DNA of 64,000 nucleotides, from assembly GCA_018672055.1 (NCBI GenBank), contig JABHGM010000001.1:432679-496678 (forward strand), read 5' to 3'. Of this stretch, positions 8,930 through 19,209 are shown one piece after another. Position 1 is the first letter of the stretch. Every line of letters starts with the position of its first letter. The notes under the pieces were generated by a model. The model was not told the DNA's origin, made no database searches, and saw only the letters and a program-made list of their open reading frames with translations. The translations under genes were made by a program, and so were the position numbers. Source of the stretch: a bacterium. GTDB lineage: Bacteria; Patescibacteriota; Patescibacteriia; UBA1558; UBA10009.

Positions 8930-11596
8930 ATGAAAGAAATCCTTTGGCATAATTTAACAAGTGAAGAAGCCTTAAATAAGTTAAAAGGTAATGTTTTAGG
9001 TTTAACCAGTGAAGATGCTAAAAGATTAAAAGTAAGGTATGGATTAAATTCATTACCTAGTAAACATAAGCTTACTAAAATTGAAATAGTTATAAACCAG
9101 TTTAAGAGCGTTTTAGCTTACGTTTTAATTATTGCTGGTTTTTTAAGTTTCATGCTTGGTGAGATAATTGATGCTTCTGTCATATTTACTGCAGTTTTAA
9201 TTAATGTAATTGTTGGTTTTATTCAAGAGAATAAGGCTCAGAATGCTTTAGAAAAACTTAGAAAATTAGTTAATCCAGAAGTTAAAGTTTTGCGTGATAA
9301 TACAGCTCAGATTATATTAGCTAAAGATTTAGTTCCTGGCGATGTTATACTATTAGAAGCAGGTGATAAGGTATCAGCTGATGCTAGGTTACTTGAAGTA
9401 CAAGATATTACAACAATGGAGGCAGCCTTAACTGGTGAACCTGAAACAATTACTAAAAGTATTGATGTATTAGATAAAGGTAAGGTATTAGCCGAGAGAA
9501 GTAATATGGTATTTCAAGGTACTACTATTACTGAAGGACGAGGGCAAGCTTTAGTTGTAGCTACTGGAATAAATACAGAGCTTGGCAAGATAGCTAAGTT
9601 AGTTAAAGATACTAAAGAAGAAGATACTCCGTTACAAAAAAAGTTAAATGTATTTAGTCGTCATTTAAGTCTTACTATACTTGGTTTAAGTATAGTTCTT
9701 TTTGGTTTTGGTATTTTAAGAGGTAATAGTATATTAATCATGTTTAATACCGCAGTGGCTGTAGCAGTCGCTGCTATTCCTGAAGGCTTAGTTGTAGCTG
9801 TTACTGTTATTTTAGCCATTGGTATGCAAAAGATATTAAGGAAAAGAGCTTTAGTTAGAAAATTAGTAGCTGCTGAGACATTAGGTTCAACTACTGTAAT
9901 TTGTACTGATAAGACAGGTACTTTAACTGTTGGTGAAATGAGAGTTGCTAGAATAGTAACTAACTCATATGATTGTAATTTATCTACAGATTTACCTAAG
10001 TTAACAAAAGCTGGTAAAAGTGAAATATATAATTTAGTTAAGATTGGCGTGCTATGTAATGATGCTGTAGTCCAGGAAGAAGGTCAGGAACTAAGAGATT
10101 ATAAGGTTCTAGGTTCAGGCACTGAAAAAGCTTTACTTTTAGCAGGTGTTCAACTTGGTTTAAAGAAGAATGAGCTTGAAAAGAAATACTTAAGAATTGA
10201 TGAAATATTATTTGATTCTTCTAAAAAGTATATGGCTACATTAAATAATGAAGAAGCAGGTAAGAAGAATATATACTTTAAAGGAGCTCCAGAATTACTT
10301 TTAGCAGCAGCTAGCCATGTTCAAGTAAATGACAGGAATGAAAAGTTAACTCAGGGTATGAGGAGAGAGTTAGAAAAAAAATATGAAAATTTAAGTAAAT
10401 CAGGATTAAGAGTATTAGGTTTTGGATACAGAGAAGTTAGAAAAGATACTACTACAATTAAATTATATGAAAAAGCTTTAGAAAAGATAGTTTTAGTTGG
10501 TTTTGTAGGCATTAATGATCCATTAAGACCTGATGTTAAAGCAGCTTTAGAAGCTACAAAAAAAGCTGGGCTTAAAACGGTTATTATAACAGGTGATAAT
10601 AAATTAACTGCCAAAGCTATTGCTCAAGAATTAGATATAAATGTTGATGATGAAAGTATTTTAGAAGGTAGTCAGCTGGCTAAGATGGATGATCAACAAT
10701 TACTTGAAAAAGTAAGGAGTATTAAAATATATGCCAGAGTAACACCTGAAGATAAGTTAAGAATTGTTAATGCTTGGCAAGCTAGTGGTGAAGTTGTAGC
10801 AATGACAGGTGATGGTATAAATGATGCTCCTGCCTTAAAAAAAGCAGATATTGGTATAGCCCTTGGTTCTGGTACTGATGTTGCTAAAGGTGCTGCTAGT
10901 TTAATATTATTAGATAATAATTTTCAAGTAATTAATAATGCTATAGAACAAGGTAGAGTTATCTATGATAATATTAAAAAAGTAATCTTATATTTACTTT
11001 CTGATAGTTTTTCTGAAATTGTTATAATCTTTGGTAGTTTGTTTATGGGTTTGCCTATACCTCTGGTACCAGCTCAAATCTTATGGATTAACTTAGTAAC
11101 TGATGGTTTTCCAGATATGGCTTTAACAATAGAACCTGGAGAGAAAGAAGTAATGAAAGAAATGCCTCAAGAAAGAAATAAACCAATATTGGATGCGGAA
11201 AGAAAGTTACTTATATTGGTAATAAGTATAGTTACTGGAGTTACTTCACTGGCCTTATTCTATTATTATGTAAAGGTTGTAGGTGATATTGAATTAGGAC
11301 GTACTGTTGTTTTCGCAACTTTAGGTATTGATTCTTTACTATATGTGTTTAGTTGTAGAACGCTTAGACATTCAATATTTCATTCACATTTTTTTAAGAA
11401 TCCATATCTTTTAATAGCGGTAGGCTTTGGTGCTATATTACAAGTAGCCGCTATCTATGTACCATTTTTGCAAAAAGTTTTAAAGACTGTATCACTTGGC
11501 CTTTATGAGTGGGGTATTGTTTTATCTGTTTCCTTTACAGTTATTATAATAATTGAGATAATAAAGTGGATTTATATTGTAAGACATAAAAATTAA
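8930..11596 (+). CDS. P2-type cation-transporting P-type ATPase, probably Ca2+
   Basis: DKTGTLT, TGDN, GDGINDAPAL, and PEGL in M4. The ORF track begins at a GTG at 8900; the ATG at 8930 gives the typical MKEILWHNLTSEEALNKL N-terminus. Confidence 0.85.
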   Translation: MKEILWHNLTSEEALNKLKGNVLGLTSEDAKRLKVRYGLNSLPSKHKLTKIEIVINQFKSVLAYVLIIAGFLSFMLGEIIDASVIFTAVLINVIVGFIQENKAQNALEKLRKLVNPEVKVLRDNTAQIILAKDLVPGDVILLEAGDKVSADARLLEVQDITTMEAALTGEPETITKSIDVLDKGKVLAERSNMVFQGTTITEGRGQALVVATGINTELGKIAKLVKDTKEEDTPLQKKLNVFSRHLSLTILGLSIVLFGFGILRGNSILIMFNTAVAVAVAAIPEGLVVAVTVILAIGMQKILRKRALVRKLVAAETLGSTTVICTDKTGTLTVGEMRVARIVTNSYDCNLSTDLPKLTKAGKSEIYNLVKIGVLCNDAVVQEEGQELRDYKVLGSGTEKALLLAGVQLGLKKNELEKKYLRIDEILFDSSKKYMATLNNEEAGKKNIYFKGAPELLLAAASHVQVNDRNEKLTQGMRRELEKKYENLSKSGLRVLGFGYREVRKDTTTIKLYEKALEKIVLVGFVGINDPLRPDVKAALEATKKAGLKTVIITGDNKLTAKAIAQELDINVDDESILEGSQLAKMDDQQLLEKVRSIKIYARVTPEDKLRIVNAWQASGEVVAMTGDGINDAPALKKADIGIALGSGTDVAKGAASLILLDNNFQVINNAIEQGRVIYDNIKKVILYLLSDSFSEIVIIFGSLFMGLPIPLVPAQILWINLVTDGFPDMALTIEPGEKEVMKEMPQERNKPILDAERKLLILVISIVTGVTSLALFYYYVKVVGDIELGRTVVFATLGIDSLLYVFSCRTLRHSIFHSHFFKNPYLLIAVGFGAILQVAAIYVPFLQKVLKTVSLGLYEWGIVLSVSFTVIIIIEIIKWIYIVRHKN

Positions 11597-11616
11597 TTAT
11601 TAATTAATAAATATAT

Positions 11617-14001
11617 ATGAAATCTAAATCAAAAAAGTACATTCTCTGGTTTAATGAACTTGGTATAAAAGACATACCTTATGTTGGGGGAAAAAATGCA
11701 TCACTTGGTGAAATGTATTCAAAACTTGTTAAAAAAGGTGTTTTAGTACCAAATGGTTTTGCAGTAACTGCTTTTGCTTATCGTACCTTTATGAAAAAAA
11801 CAGGCACTGATAAAAAGATTAAAGAGCTATTAAAAGGTTTAGATACTCATAATATTCGTGATTTAATGACACGTGGTTCTAAAGTAAGACAAGCTATTTT
11901 AAAACAAGAGCTACCTAAAGACTTAGAAGAAGAAATAGTTATAGCATATAATAAGTTATCTAAGAGTTTTAAGAAAGTCAATGTAGATGTAGCTGTTAGA
12001 TCTTCAGCCACTGCTGAAGATTTGCCTGATGCTTCATTTGCTGGTCAACAAGAAACATATTTAAATATAACTGGACCTGATGATTTACTTAAGGCTGTTA
12101 AAGAGTGTATAGCTTCATTATTTACTAACAGAGCAATTAGTTATAGGGAAGATAAAGGATTTGATCATTTTGAAATTGCTTTATCTGTTTCAATTCAAAA
12201 AATGGTTAGATCAGATTTATCTTCATCTGGTGTTATGTTTTCTATTCATACTGAATCTGGTTTTCCTGATGTAGTACTTATTAATTCAAGTTATGGTTTA
12301 GGTGAATATATTGTAAAAGGCGTAGTAACGCCTGATGAAATATTAGTATTTAAACCAACCATGGCTATTATTAGTAAAGCTATTGGTCCTAAAAAATCAA
12401 AATTAATATATGGTAAGGGCGGTGAAGACACTAAAGATGCTAAAGTTAGTTTAAAAGATAGAAATAAGTTTTCTATTTCTGATAAAGAAATATTAAAATT
12501 AGCTAAATGGGCTATGATTGTGGCTGATCATTACAAAAAACCTATGGATATGGAATGGGCTAAAGATGGACGAGATAATAAGCTATATTTAGTCCAAGCT
12601 AGACCAGAGACCGTAGAATCACAAAAAGATAAAAATGTTATTGAAGAATATAAGCTAAAAGGTAAAGGCAAAGTATTAGTAGAAGGTGCTGCTGTTGGTA
12701 AAAAGATAGGTGCCGGTAAAGTTAATGTTATAAAAAGTATTTCTCAAATTGATAAATTTAAAGATGGTCAAGTTCTAGTTACAGAAATGACAGATCCTGA
12801 TTGGGAACCTATCATGAAAAAGGCAGCGGCTATTGTAACTGATGCAGGTGGTAGGACTTGTCATGCAGCTATTGTTTCACGTGAACTTGGTATTCCTTGT
12901 ATTGTAGGTACTAGTAATGCAACTGAGAAGCTAAAAAATAATATGTCTGTTACTATTGATGATACTAAAGGTGAAGTAGGTTTTGTTTATCAAGGTTTAA
13001 TTCCTTTTAAAATAGATATTACTAATATTAAGAATTTTAAAAAGCCTAAAACTCCAGTTATGATGAACGTGGGTAATCCAGAAACAGCTTTTAATGCCAG
13101 CTTTATACCTAATGAAGGAATAGGCTTGGCACGTGAAGAATTTATCATTGCTACATATATTAAAATACATCCTCTGGCTTTAATAAATTACAATAAATTA
13201 AAAGATAAGAAGGTTAAAAATCAAATTGATAGGTTAACTGTTGGTTATCCAAATAAAACTCAATTCTATATCGATAAGCTAGCAGAAGGTATAGCTCGTA
13301 TAGTAGCCTCTACTTATCCTAAAGATGCTATTGTAAGATTATCTGACTTTAAATCTAATGAATATGCTAATTTAATAGGTGGTAAAGAGTTTGAACCAAT
13401 TGAAGATAATCCTATGATTGGTTGGCGTGGAGCATCTAGATATTATAGTAAAGAATATATTGAAGCTTTTAAACTTGAATGTAAGGCTTTAGTAAAGGTA
13501 AGAGAAAAGTTTGGTTTAACTAATATGAAAATAATGGTACCGTTTTGTAGAACCGTTGAAGAAGGTAAGAAAGTTCTTAAAATACTAGCTGATAATGGAT
13601 TAAAGAGAGGCGTCAAAGGTTTAGAAATATATGTTATGTGCGAAATACCTTCTAATGTAATATTAGCTGATGAATTTTGTAAAATATTTGATGGCTTTTC
13701 AATAGGTACTAATGATTTAACGCAATTAGCTTTAGGTGTTGATCGTGACTCAGAACTTGTAGCTCATGTATATGATGAAAGAAATATGGCTGTTAAAACA
13801 TTAGTTGAGCAGGTTATTAAAATAGCTCACGCTCATAAGCCTAGAAGAAAAGTAGGTATTTGTGGTCAGGCTCCTTCTGATTTCCCTGAATTTGCTCAGT
13901 TTTTAGTAAGAGCTGGTATTGATACAATATCTTTGATTCCAGATACAGTTATTCCAACAAGTATCAAAATATTGCAAGAAGAAAAGAAAAAAAGAAAATA
14001 A
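11617..14001 (+). CDS. ppsA: Phosphoenolpyruvate synthase (pyruvate, water dikinase)
   Basis: About 790 aa with the phosphohistidine motif GGRTCHAAIVSRELGIPCIVG and a PEP-utilising C-terminal TIM domain. Confidence 0.85.
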   Translation: MKSKSKKYILWFNELGIKDIPYVGGKNASLGEMYSKLVKKGVLVPNGFAVTAFAYRTFMKKTGTDKKIKELLKGLDTHNIRDLMTRGSKVRQAILKQELPKDLEEEIVIAYNKLSKSFKKVNVDVAVRSSATAEDLPDASFAGQQETYLNITGPDDLLKAVKECIASLFTNRAISYREDKGFDHFEIALSVSIQKMVRSDLSSSGVMFSIHTESGFPDVVLINSSYGLGEYIVKGVVTPDEILVFKPTMAIISKAIGPKKSKLIYGKGGEDTKDAKVSLKDRNKFSISDKEILKLAKWAMIVADHYKKPMDMEWAKDGRDNKLYLVQARPETVESQKDKNVIEEYKLKGKGKVLVEGAAVGKKIGAGKVNVIKSISQIDKFKDGQVLVTEMTDPDWEPIMKKAAAIVTDAGGRTCHAAIVSRELGIPCIVGTSNATEKLKNNMSVTIDDTKGEVGFVYQGLIPFKIDITNIKNFKKPKTPVMMNVGNPETAFNASFIPNEGIGLAREEFIIATYIKIHPLALINYNKLKDKKVKNQIDRLTVGYPNKTQFYIDKLAEGIARIVASTYPKDAIVRLSDFKSNEYANLIGGKEFEPIEDNPMIGWRGASRYYSKEYIEAFKLECKALVKVREKFGLTNMKIMVPFCRTVEEGKKVLKILADNGLKRGVKGLEIYVMCEIPSNVILADEFCKIFDGFSIGTNDLTQLALGVDRDSELVAHVYDERNMAVKTLVEQVIKIAHAHKPRRKVGICGQAPSDFPEFAQFLVRAGIDTISLIPDTVIPTSIKILQEEKKKRK

Positions 14002-14020
14002 TAGTATAATTACAAAAAGC

Positions 14021-14049
14021 TTGACATTTTAGTCAGGCTTTTGTAGTAT
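14021..14049 (+). promoter_or_regulatory. Consensus sigma70-type promoter TTGACA-17-TAGTAT
   Basis: ttgaca (14021-14026), a 17-nt spacer and tagtat (14044-14049), ahead of the SD-bearing small ORF at 14095. Confidence 0.45.
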
Positions 14050-14094
14050 ATATAATTATGTTCTAGTTATTAAATCAAAATAGGAGAAGGTTAG

Positions 14095-14436
14095 ATGATA
14101 CCAGTAAATGGATTTGATATTATAATGATTGATGATCCTGATATATTGATTAAGGTGTTAGAGGATAGAATCATTAGCCAGGAATTTAAAGTGATTGTAC
14201 CAGATCTGCTGTTACAAAATATTAATGAAGAAATTAGCAGGGGAAAGACTAATGTTATAGAGATAAAGAAATTATCTGTAATTATTGATCCACTTATTAT
14301 TTTGGACAGAAAGATTAAAATGGGTATTTGTGAAGATAAACCTGGTTCAGTTCCTCCACATAGCACAACAAGAGCTAGTAGTATAATTAATGGCTCTAAA
14401 ACACAAATCTTTCAATGTAGAAATCGAAAGATGTAA
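14095..14436 (+). CDS. Hypothetical small protein, 113 aa
   Basis: AGGAGAAGG SD 8 nt upstream, the promoter above, and the terminator below. It has no recognisable domain. The antisense ORF 14091..14366 is taken as its shadow. Confidence 0.45.
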   Translation: MIPVNGFDIIMIDDPDILIKVLEDRIISQEFKVIVPDLLLQNINEEISRGKTNVIEIKKLSVIIDPLIILDRKIKMGICEDKPGSVPPHSTTRASSIINGSKTQIFQCRNRKM

Positions 14437-14464
14437 AATTTAGTTAAAATATTTATTAAATTTT

Positions 14465-14492
14465 AAAGGCTCTTAAACTAAGAGCCTTTTTT
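14465..14492. terminator. Bidirectional rho-independent terminator
   Basis: aggctctta/taagagcct is a 9-bp stem with an aac loop and T5. It lies between convergent genes. Confidence 0.65.
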
Positions 14493-15318
14493 AAATAAAT
14501 AAATAGAGGAAGTAAAATGCAATTATATAGAAGCAGAAGTAAATAATTTTAAAAAATATTGAAGCCAATTTTTCATTAGGCTTAATTAGTATTATTAAAT
14601 AAAGAGTTATACAAAGTAATAAGTAATAATTTATTAATTGTGTATTAAAATTAGCAAATATATATACAAGTATAGTTATTATTAAGCTAACTAAAGCAGC
14701 TATTCGTTTACCATATAATACACTAAAAGTTTTATCACCTGCTTTTTTATCAGGTGTATAATCCATAATTGTGCTAAAGATAAAAAAAGCAGCTAAGCAA
14801 AGAGCAGCTACATATATTTTGTAATCAAAATCAAATATTGAAGATCCGAAACTATATCCTAGAAAAGCGGGAGGTATTATATATATAAATATATTTGCTA
14901 AAGAATCAAGTGGTGGTCTTTCTTTGAATCTGATTGGTGGTGCTGAATAAAAATAGATAAAGAATAATAAGACAATCATGGATATAATATTCTCTATATT
15001 TAAAGTAATTATTGAACTTATAATTAAAATAGCTATTAAAATATATGATACTGTTTTTATTCTTTTATGATTTTCTTGTTTTAAGACAATACCATTAACT
15101 AATCTTTTTCTTGGATTAATTTGATCTGATTCAAAATCGTAAATATCATTAATTCCATATATTATGAGGCTAAGAGGGAATGATAATAATATTAGTTGTA
15201 TTATAGAAATATAATTTAAATCAGCTCCTGAATAAAATAAGCAAACCGTGAAAATTAGTGGTTGAATCAACCAGTAAATAGGTCTGCTTGTTTTTATAAG
15301 TAGGATTAAGTTATACAT
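14491..15318 (-). CDS. UbiA-family aromatic or polyprenyl prenyltransferase
   Basis: 8-9 TM segments and the Asp-rich motif NDIYDFESD. Confidence 0.7.
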   Translation of the reverse strand: MYNLILLIKTSRPIYWLIQPLIFTVCLFYSGADLNYISIIQLILLSFPLSLIIYGINDIYDFESDQINPRKRLVNGIVLKQENHKRIKTVSYILIAILIISSIITLNIENIISMIVLLFFIYFYSAPPIRFKERPPLDSLANIFIYIIPPAFLGYSFGSSIFDFDYKIYVAALCLAAFFIFSTIMDYTPDKKAGDKTFSVLYGKRIAALVSLIITILVYIFANFNTQLINYYLLLCITLYLIILIKPNEKLASIFFKIIYFCFYIIAFYFLYLFI

Positions 15319-15759
15319 TTAGATAATATAATAAATACCAAAAAGAACAACTGTAAAGGCAAGTTCAATATATGAGAAATAACCAAAAGGTCCTTTGATA
15401 TTTATTTTTTTACTTGGATATAATATATATAAATCTTCATCATCTAGACAATCTAGTACTAAATGAAAGAAGTAACTTATTGCTACCACCGTACCAATTA
15501 CTGGATTTATTAAATATGAAATAATGCTAATACCTAAAAAAACAAATACATTATGAAGATAGGTTCTAGCCGAACCTTGAGGATTATTTGATGATAAGAC
15601 AACATGTTTGAATGTTTTCCATTTAGTAAATATACCTTGCTTATATAACGGCACAAAGTGATCTATGTCTATAATTAATGAGGCAATTATAGCTGTAGTA
15701 TAATCACCAGTTATTTTCCCAATTATTAAACCTGAGGCTAAATGAGCTGTACTGAACAT
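15319..15759 (-). CDS. Hypothetical integral membrane protein, translationally coupled to the UbiA gene
   Basis: Four hydrophobic segments and a conserved DIDH motif; possibly a membrane metal-hydrolase-like protein. Its stop abuts the UbiA start. Confidence 0.45.
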   Translation of the reverse strand: MFSTAHLASGLIIGKITGDYTTAIIASLIIDIDHFVPLYKQGIFTKWKTFKHVVLSSNNPQGSARTYLHNVFVFLGISIISYLINPVIGTVVAISYFFHLVLDCLDDEDLYILYPSKKINIKGPFGYFSYIELAFTVVLFGIYYII

Positions 15760-15858
15760 ATATTACATATTATTAATTATTATGCCATAATATTAACAGA
15801 TTATCATATATTTGACCATAAGGAGTATTTTAGCTATTATTATTACGCTACTACTTGC

Positions 15859-15950
15859 GGAGGGGTCGCATAGTGGCCTAGTGCGCCTGCTTGGAAAGCA
15901 GGTAGACCCGTTAAAAGGTCTCGAGGGTTCGAATCCCTCCCTCTCCGCCA
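15859..15950 (+). tRNA. tRNA-Ser (anticodon GGA), type II with a long variable arm
   Basis: Acceptor ggagggg/cctctcc, anticodon stem cctgc/gcagg with loop ttGGAaa, variable stem gacc/ggtc, T-arm gaggg-ttcgaat-ccctc, CCA encoded. Confidence 0.85.
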
Positions 15951-15965
15951 TATATTTTAATACTT

Positions 15966-17732
15966 ATGAGTTCAATTGAAGAAATAAAGCAAAAATTAGA
16001 TATTGTTGATTTAATTCAAGAATATATTAAGACTCAGCCAGCTGGTATGAATTTTAGAGCGCTTTGTCCATTTCATAATGAAAAGACGCCTTCTTTTGTT
16101 ATTTCTCCAGATAAGCAGATTTGGCATTGTTTTGGCTGCTCAGCAGGTGGTGATGTATTCGAATTTGTTAAACGTATTGAAGGTGTTGAATTTCCTGAGG
16201 CTCTAAGAATTTTAGCTAAAAGAGCTAATGTAAAATTAGAGTATAAGAATCCAGAATTACATAATCAAAAAACTCGATTACTTGATTTACTTAAAGAATT
16301 AACAAATTATTATCATCAAACATTATTAAATGATGATGATGCTAAATTTGTTAGAGAATATTTAAAAAAGAGAGATTTATCAGATGAAACAATTAATACA
16401 TATCAATTAGGTTATGCTAAAGATAGTTGGCAAGATGCTATTAATCATCTTTTAAGCAAAAAGTATTCTCTTCGTGAAATAGAACAAGCTGGAGTAAGTA
16501 AAACGGGGGATAAGAATAAAGCATATGATAGATTAAGAAATAGATTAATATTTCCAATTCGTGATATTCATGGTAACGTCGCAGGTTTTACTGGAAGAAT
16601 AATGGCTACTGAATTTGATGGAGGTAAATATATTAATTCACCAACTTCACCGATATATAATAAGAGTGATATATTATATAATCTAGATTTAGCTAAACAA
16701 GAAATACGTAAAAAAGATTATGCAATTTTAGTAGAAGGTAATGTTGATGCTATTTCTTCATATCAAGCTGGTACTACTAATGTTATAGCTGTTTCTGGAA
16801 CTTCGCTTACTGACAATCAAATTAAATTACTTAAACGTTTTACTCAGAATGTTATGATTGCCTTTGATGCTGATGTAGCAGGAACACAAGCTAATCTTCG
16901 TGGTATTGATTTAATGTGGCAAGCTGGTTTAAATGTTAAAGTAGTTCATTTACCAGAAGATTTAGATCCTGATGATTTAATAAGGAGTGATCTTAGTAAA
17001 TGGAAAGAGTTACTTAGAACAGCTGAGAACTTTATGGATTACATTTTTAAAGTAACTTTAGATGAATTAGATATATCAAGAATAGATCATAAGAAAAAAG
17101 CAGCAGCTAAATTACTTAAAGTAATTTCAAAGCTTGGTGATCCAGTAGAACAGTCACACTATTTAAAGAAATTATCTGGTATATTAAATGTTTCAGAAGA
17201 TGCTTTAACCAAAAAGATTGAGCAACTAAAATCAAAGATAAAGCCTAAAAAAGAAGAAGTATCTGCTGAAGAACCAAAAGTACCCATTTCTCAAGAGCAG
17301 TCTGTAGCTGAAAGTTTACTAGCTTTACTTATTAAATACCCTGAAAATATTAAAGAAATAGAAAGTAAGTTAAAAGCAGAAGAAATACCTTATTTACCAG
17401 TTCAGAAGCTTTACAAAGACCTCATAATCTATTATAATAACAAGCATAATTTTGAATTTAAAGAATTTAGGACCAGTTTAGAAGAAAAAGAAAAAGATTA
17501 TTTAAATCAACTATCATTATTAGCTGATGAAGAAGTCTTGGAAGAAACAAGTCATGAGATAGATCGTGAAATAGTTCAGCTTACTAAACGTCTTAAAGAA
17601 TCATATATAAAAAATAGATTAAGACAACTAGAAATTGAGATAAAAAAAGCTCAGGATAAGAATGATAAGGATGAAGTAAATAAGTTATCTCAAGATTTTA
17701 ATAATTTTACAGATCAGTTAAAAGATTTTTAA
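15966..17732 (+). CDS. dnaG: DNA primase DnaG
   Basis: Zinc-binding CPFHNEKTPSF...CFGC, a Toprim domain (EGNVDAIS, DADVAG), and the dnaG-rpoD order. Confidence 0.9.
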   Translation: MSSIEEIKQKLDIVDLIQEYIKTQPAGMNFRALCPFHNEKTPSFVISPDKQIWHCFGCSAGGDVFEFVKRIEGVEFPEALRILAKRANVKLEYKNPELHNQKTRLLDLLKELTNYYHQTLLNDDDAKFVREYLKKRDLSDETINTYQLGYAKDSWQDAINHLLSKKYSLREIEQAGVSKTGDKNKAYDRLRNRLIFPIRDIHGNVAGFTGRIMATEFDGGKYINSPTSPIYNKSDILYNLDLAKQEIRKKDYAILVEGNVDAISSYQAGTTNVIAVSGTSLTDNQIKLLKRFTQNVMIAFDADVAGTQANLRGIDLMWQAGLNVKVVHLPEDLDPDDLIRSDLSKWKELLRTAENFMDYIFKVTLDELDISRIDHKKKAAAKLLKVISKLGDPVEQSHYLKKLSGILNVSEDALTKKIEQLKSKIKPKKEEVSAEEPKVPISQEQSVAESLLALLIKYPENIKEIESKLKAEEIPYLPVQKLYKDLIIYYNNKHNFEFKEFRTSLEEKEKDYLNQLSLLADEEVLEETSHEIDREIVQLTKRLKESYIKNRLRQLEIEIKKAQDKNDKDEVNKLSQDFNNFTDQLKDF

Positions 17733-17735
17733 AAT

Positions 17736-19085
17736 ATGTCAGTAAAAAAGAAAATTACAAAAAAAGCTAAGCCTAAGAAAAAACCTGTAAAGAAAGCTAA
17801 ACCTAAAAAGAAAGTAACTAAGAAAAAACCAGCTAAGAAAAAGGCACCTGCTAAAAAAGCTAAGCCTAAGAAAAAACCAGCTAAGAAAAAGGCACCTGCT
17901 AAAAAAGCTAAGCCTAAGAAAAAACCAGCTAAGAAAAAGGCACCTGCTAAAAAAGCTGTTCGTAAACCTAGAGCTAAAAAGGAAAAGCCTTACGTAATTA
18001 CAATCCCTACAGAAGAAGAGATAGATAATTTAGTTCAAAAAGGTAGATTAAGAAGCTTTATTACAGAAGAAGAGGTTCTTTTTACTTTTGCTGATGTTGA
18101 AGAATATATTGAGATATTTGAAGATTTTTTAGAAGAAGTAGATCATAATGGAGTCGAAGTGGTAACTCAGGATACAGGATATTTAGGAGATTTTAGTTTA
18201 GAGGAAGATGCAGAAAAAGATAGAATTGCTGATGAACTTAAGAAAATAGATATTGCTGAGATTTCATCTGATTCAATTCAAATGTATTTGAAAGAGATTG
18301 GTAAAGTACCACTACTTAAGAGTGATCAAGAAGTATCTCTTGCCAAGCGTAATGAAAAAGGTGAAGTAGAAGCTCGTAGATTATTAATTGTATCTAATTT
18401 AAGATTAGTAGTTTCCATTGCTAAGAAATTTACTGGACGTTCATTATCTTTACTTGATCTAATTCAAGAAGGTAATATTGGATTATTTAGAGCTGTTGAG
18501 AAATTTGATTATAGGAAGGGCTATAAGTTTTCTACTTATGCTACTTGGTGGATTAGACAAGCTATAACTAGAGCTTTAGCTGATCAATCTAGAACTATTA
18601 GGGTACCAGTTCATATGGTAGAAACTATTAATAGATTTAAACAAGTTGAAAGAAGATTAATTCAAGATTTAGGCAGAGAACCATTACCTGAAGAAATAGC
18701 TGCAGAAATGAATGAAGAGCTTGACAAAGTTAGAAATATCATTAAAATATCACAAGAAACAGTATCTTTGGAAACTTCAGTAGGTGAAGATAGTGAAGAC
18801 TCTACTTTAGGTGATTTTATTGAAGATGATAAGACAATTACTCCAGATAGAGTAGCTGCACTTAGACTTCTTAAAGATCATGTAAAAGATATTATTTCAG
18901 AGCTAACGCCAAGAGAACAAAAGATACTTGAAATGAGATTTGGCTTGTCAGATGGTGTTGCCCATACTTTAGAAGAAGTAGGACAAGAATTTGGAGTAAC
19001 GCGTGAACGTATTAGACAAATAGAAGCTAAATCTTTAGAAAAAATGGCAGATCATAGCGATATGAAGAAATTAAAAGATTATTAA
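17736..19085 (+). CDS. rpoD: Primary sigma factor (RpoD-like) with a lysine/alanine/proline-rich repeat N-terminus
   Basis: Regions 1.2-4 are conserved ([53 protein letters not shown]). The N-terminal ~85 aa are [16 protein letters not shown] repeats. Confidence 0.9.
   Translation: MSVKKKITKKAKPKKKPVKKAKPKKKVTKKKPAKKKAPAKKAKPKKKPAKKKAPAKKAKPKKKPAKKKAPAKKAVRKPRAKKEKPYVITIPTEEEIDNLVQKGRLRSFITEEEVLFTFADVEEYIEIFEDFLEEVDHNGVEVVTQDTGYLGDFSLEEDAEKDRIADELKKIDIAEISSDSIQMYLKEIGKVPLLKSDQEVSLAKRNEKGEVEARRLLIVSNLRLVVSIAKKFTGRSLSLLDLIQEGNIGLFRAVEKFDYRKGYKFSTYATWWIRQAITRALADQSRTIRVPVHMVETINRFKQVERRLIQDLGREPLPEEIAAEMNEELDKVRNIIKISQETVSLETSVGEDSEDSTLGDFIEDDKTITPDRVAALRLLKDHVKDIISELTPREQKILEMRFGLSDGVAHTLEEVGQEFGVTRERIRQIEAKSLEKMADHSDMKKLKDY
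17811..17954 (+). repeat. Coding tandem repeat: two perfect 48-bp units (17859-17906, 17907-17954) plus a partial upstream copy
   Basis: gctaagcctaagaaaaaaccagctaagaaaaaggcacctgctaaaaaa is repeated exactly. Confidence 0.85.
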
Positions 19086-19160
19086 TCCGGGGTAGCTCAG
19101 TGGTAGAGCAATTGACTGTTAATCAATGGGTCGCAGGTTCGAATCCTGTCCCCGGAGCCA
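19086..19160 (+). tRNA. tRNA-Asn (anticodon GUU)
   Basis: Acceptor tccgggg/ccccgga, anticodon stem attga/tcaat with loop ctGTTaa, T-loop ttcgaat, CCA encoded. It starts immediately after the rpoD stop. Confidence 0.85.
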
Positions 19161-19209
19161 ACTTAAAATCAGCTATTAAATTAGGTGGTTTTTTGATATA
19201 CTGATTTAT

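Noticed and set aside
10351-10614. Antisense ORFs embedded in long genes: 10351..10614(-), 23420..24043(-), 25137..25319(-), 26444..26755(-), 26824..27030(-), 27390..27572(-), 27824..28012(-), 29819..30088(-), 30815..31066(-), 32796..32996(-), 33300..33536(-), 36280..36483(+), 44184..44405(-), 44973..45194(-), 51483..51677(+), 51876..52058(+), 53600..53782(-), 53882..54109(-), 54994..55206(-), 60597..60779(-), 61095..61349(-), 63307..63498(-)
   Set aside because: Each lies entirely within a well-supported conserved CDS on the other strand or in another frame. They have low-complexity Ser/Leu/Phe-rich translations typical of AT-rich shadow frames and no start signals.
17800-17960. CRISPR-like or intergenic repeat array (the 48-bp perfect repeats)
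   Set aside because: The repeats are in-frame inside rpoD and encode KAKP-type protein repeats. There are no spacer-like unique segments and no cas genes.
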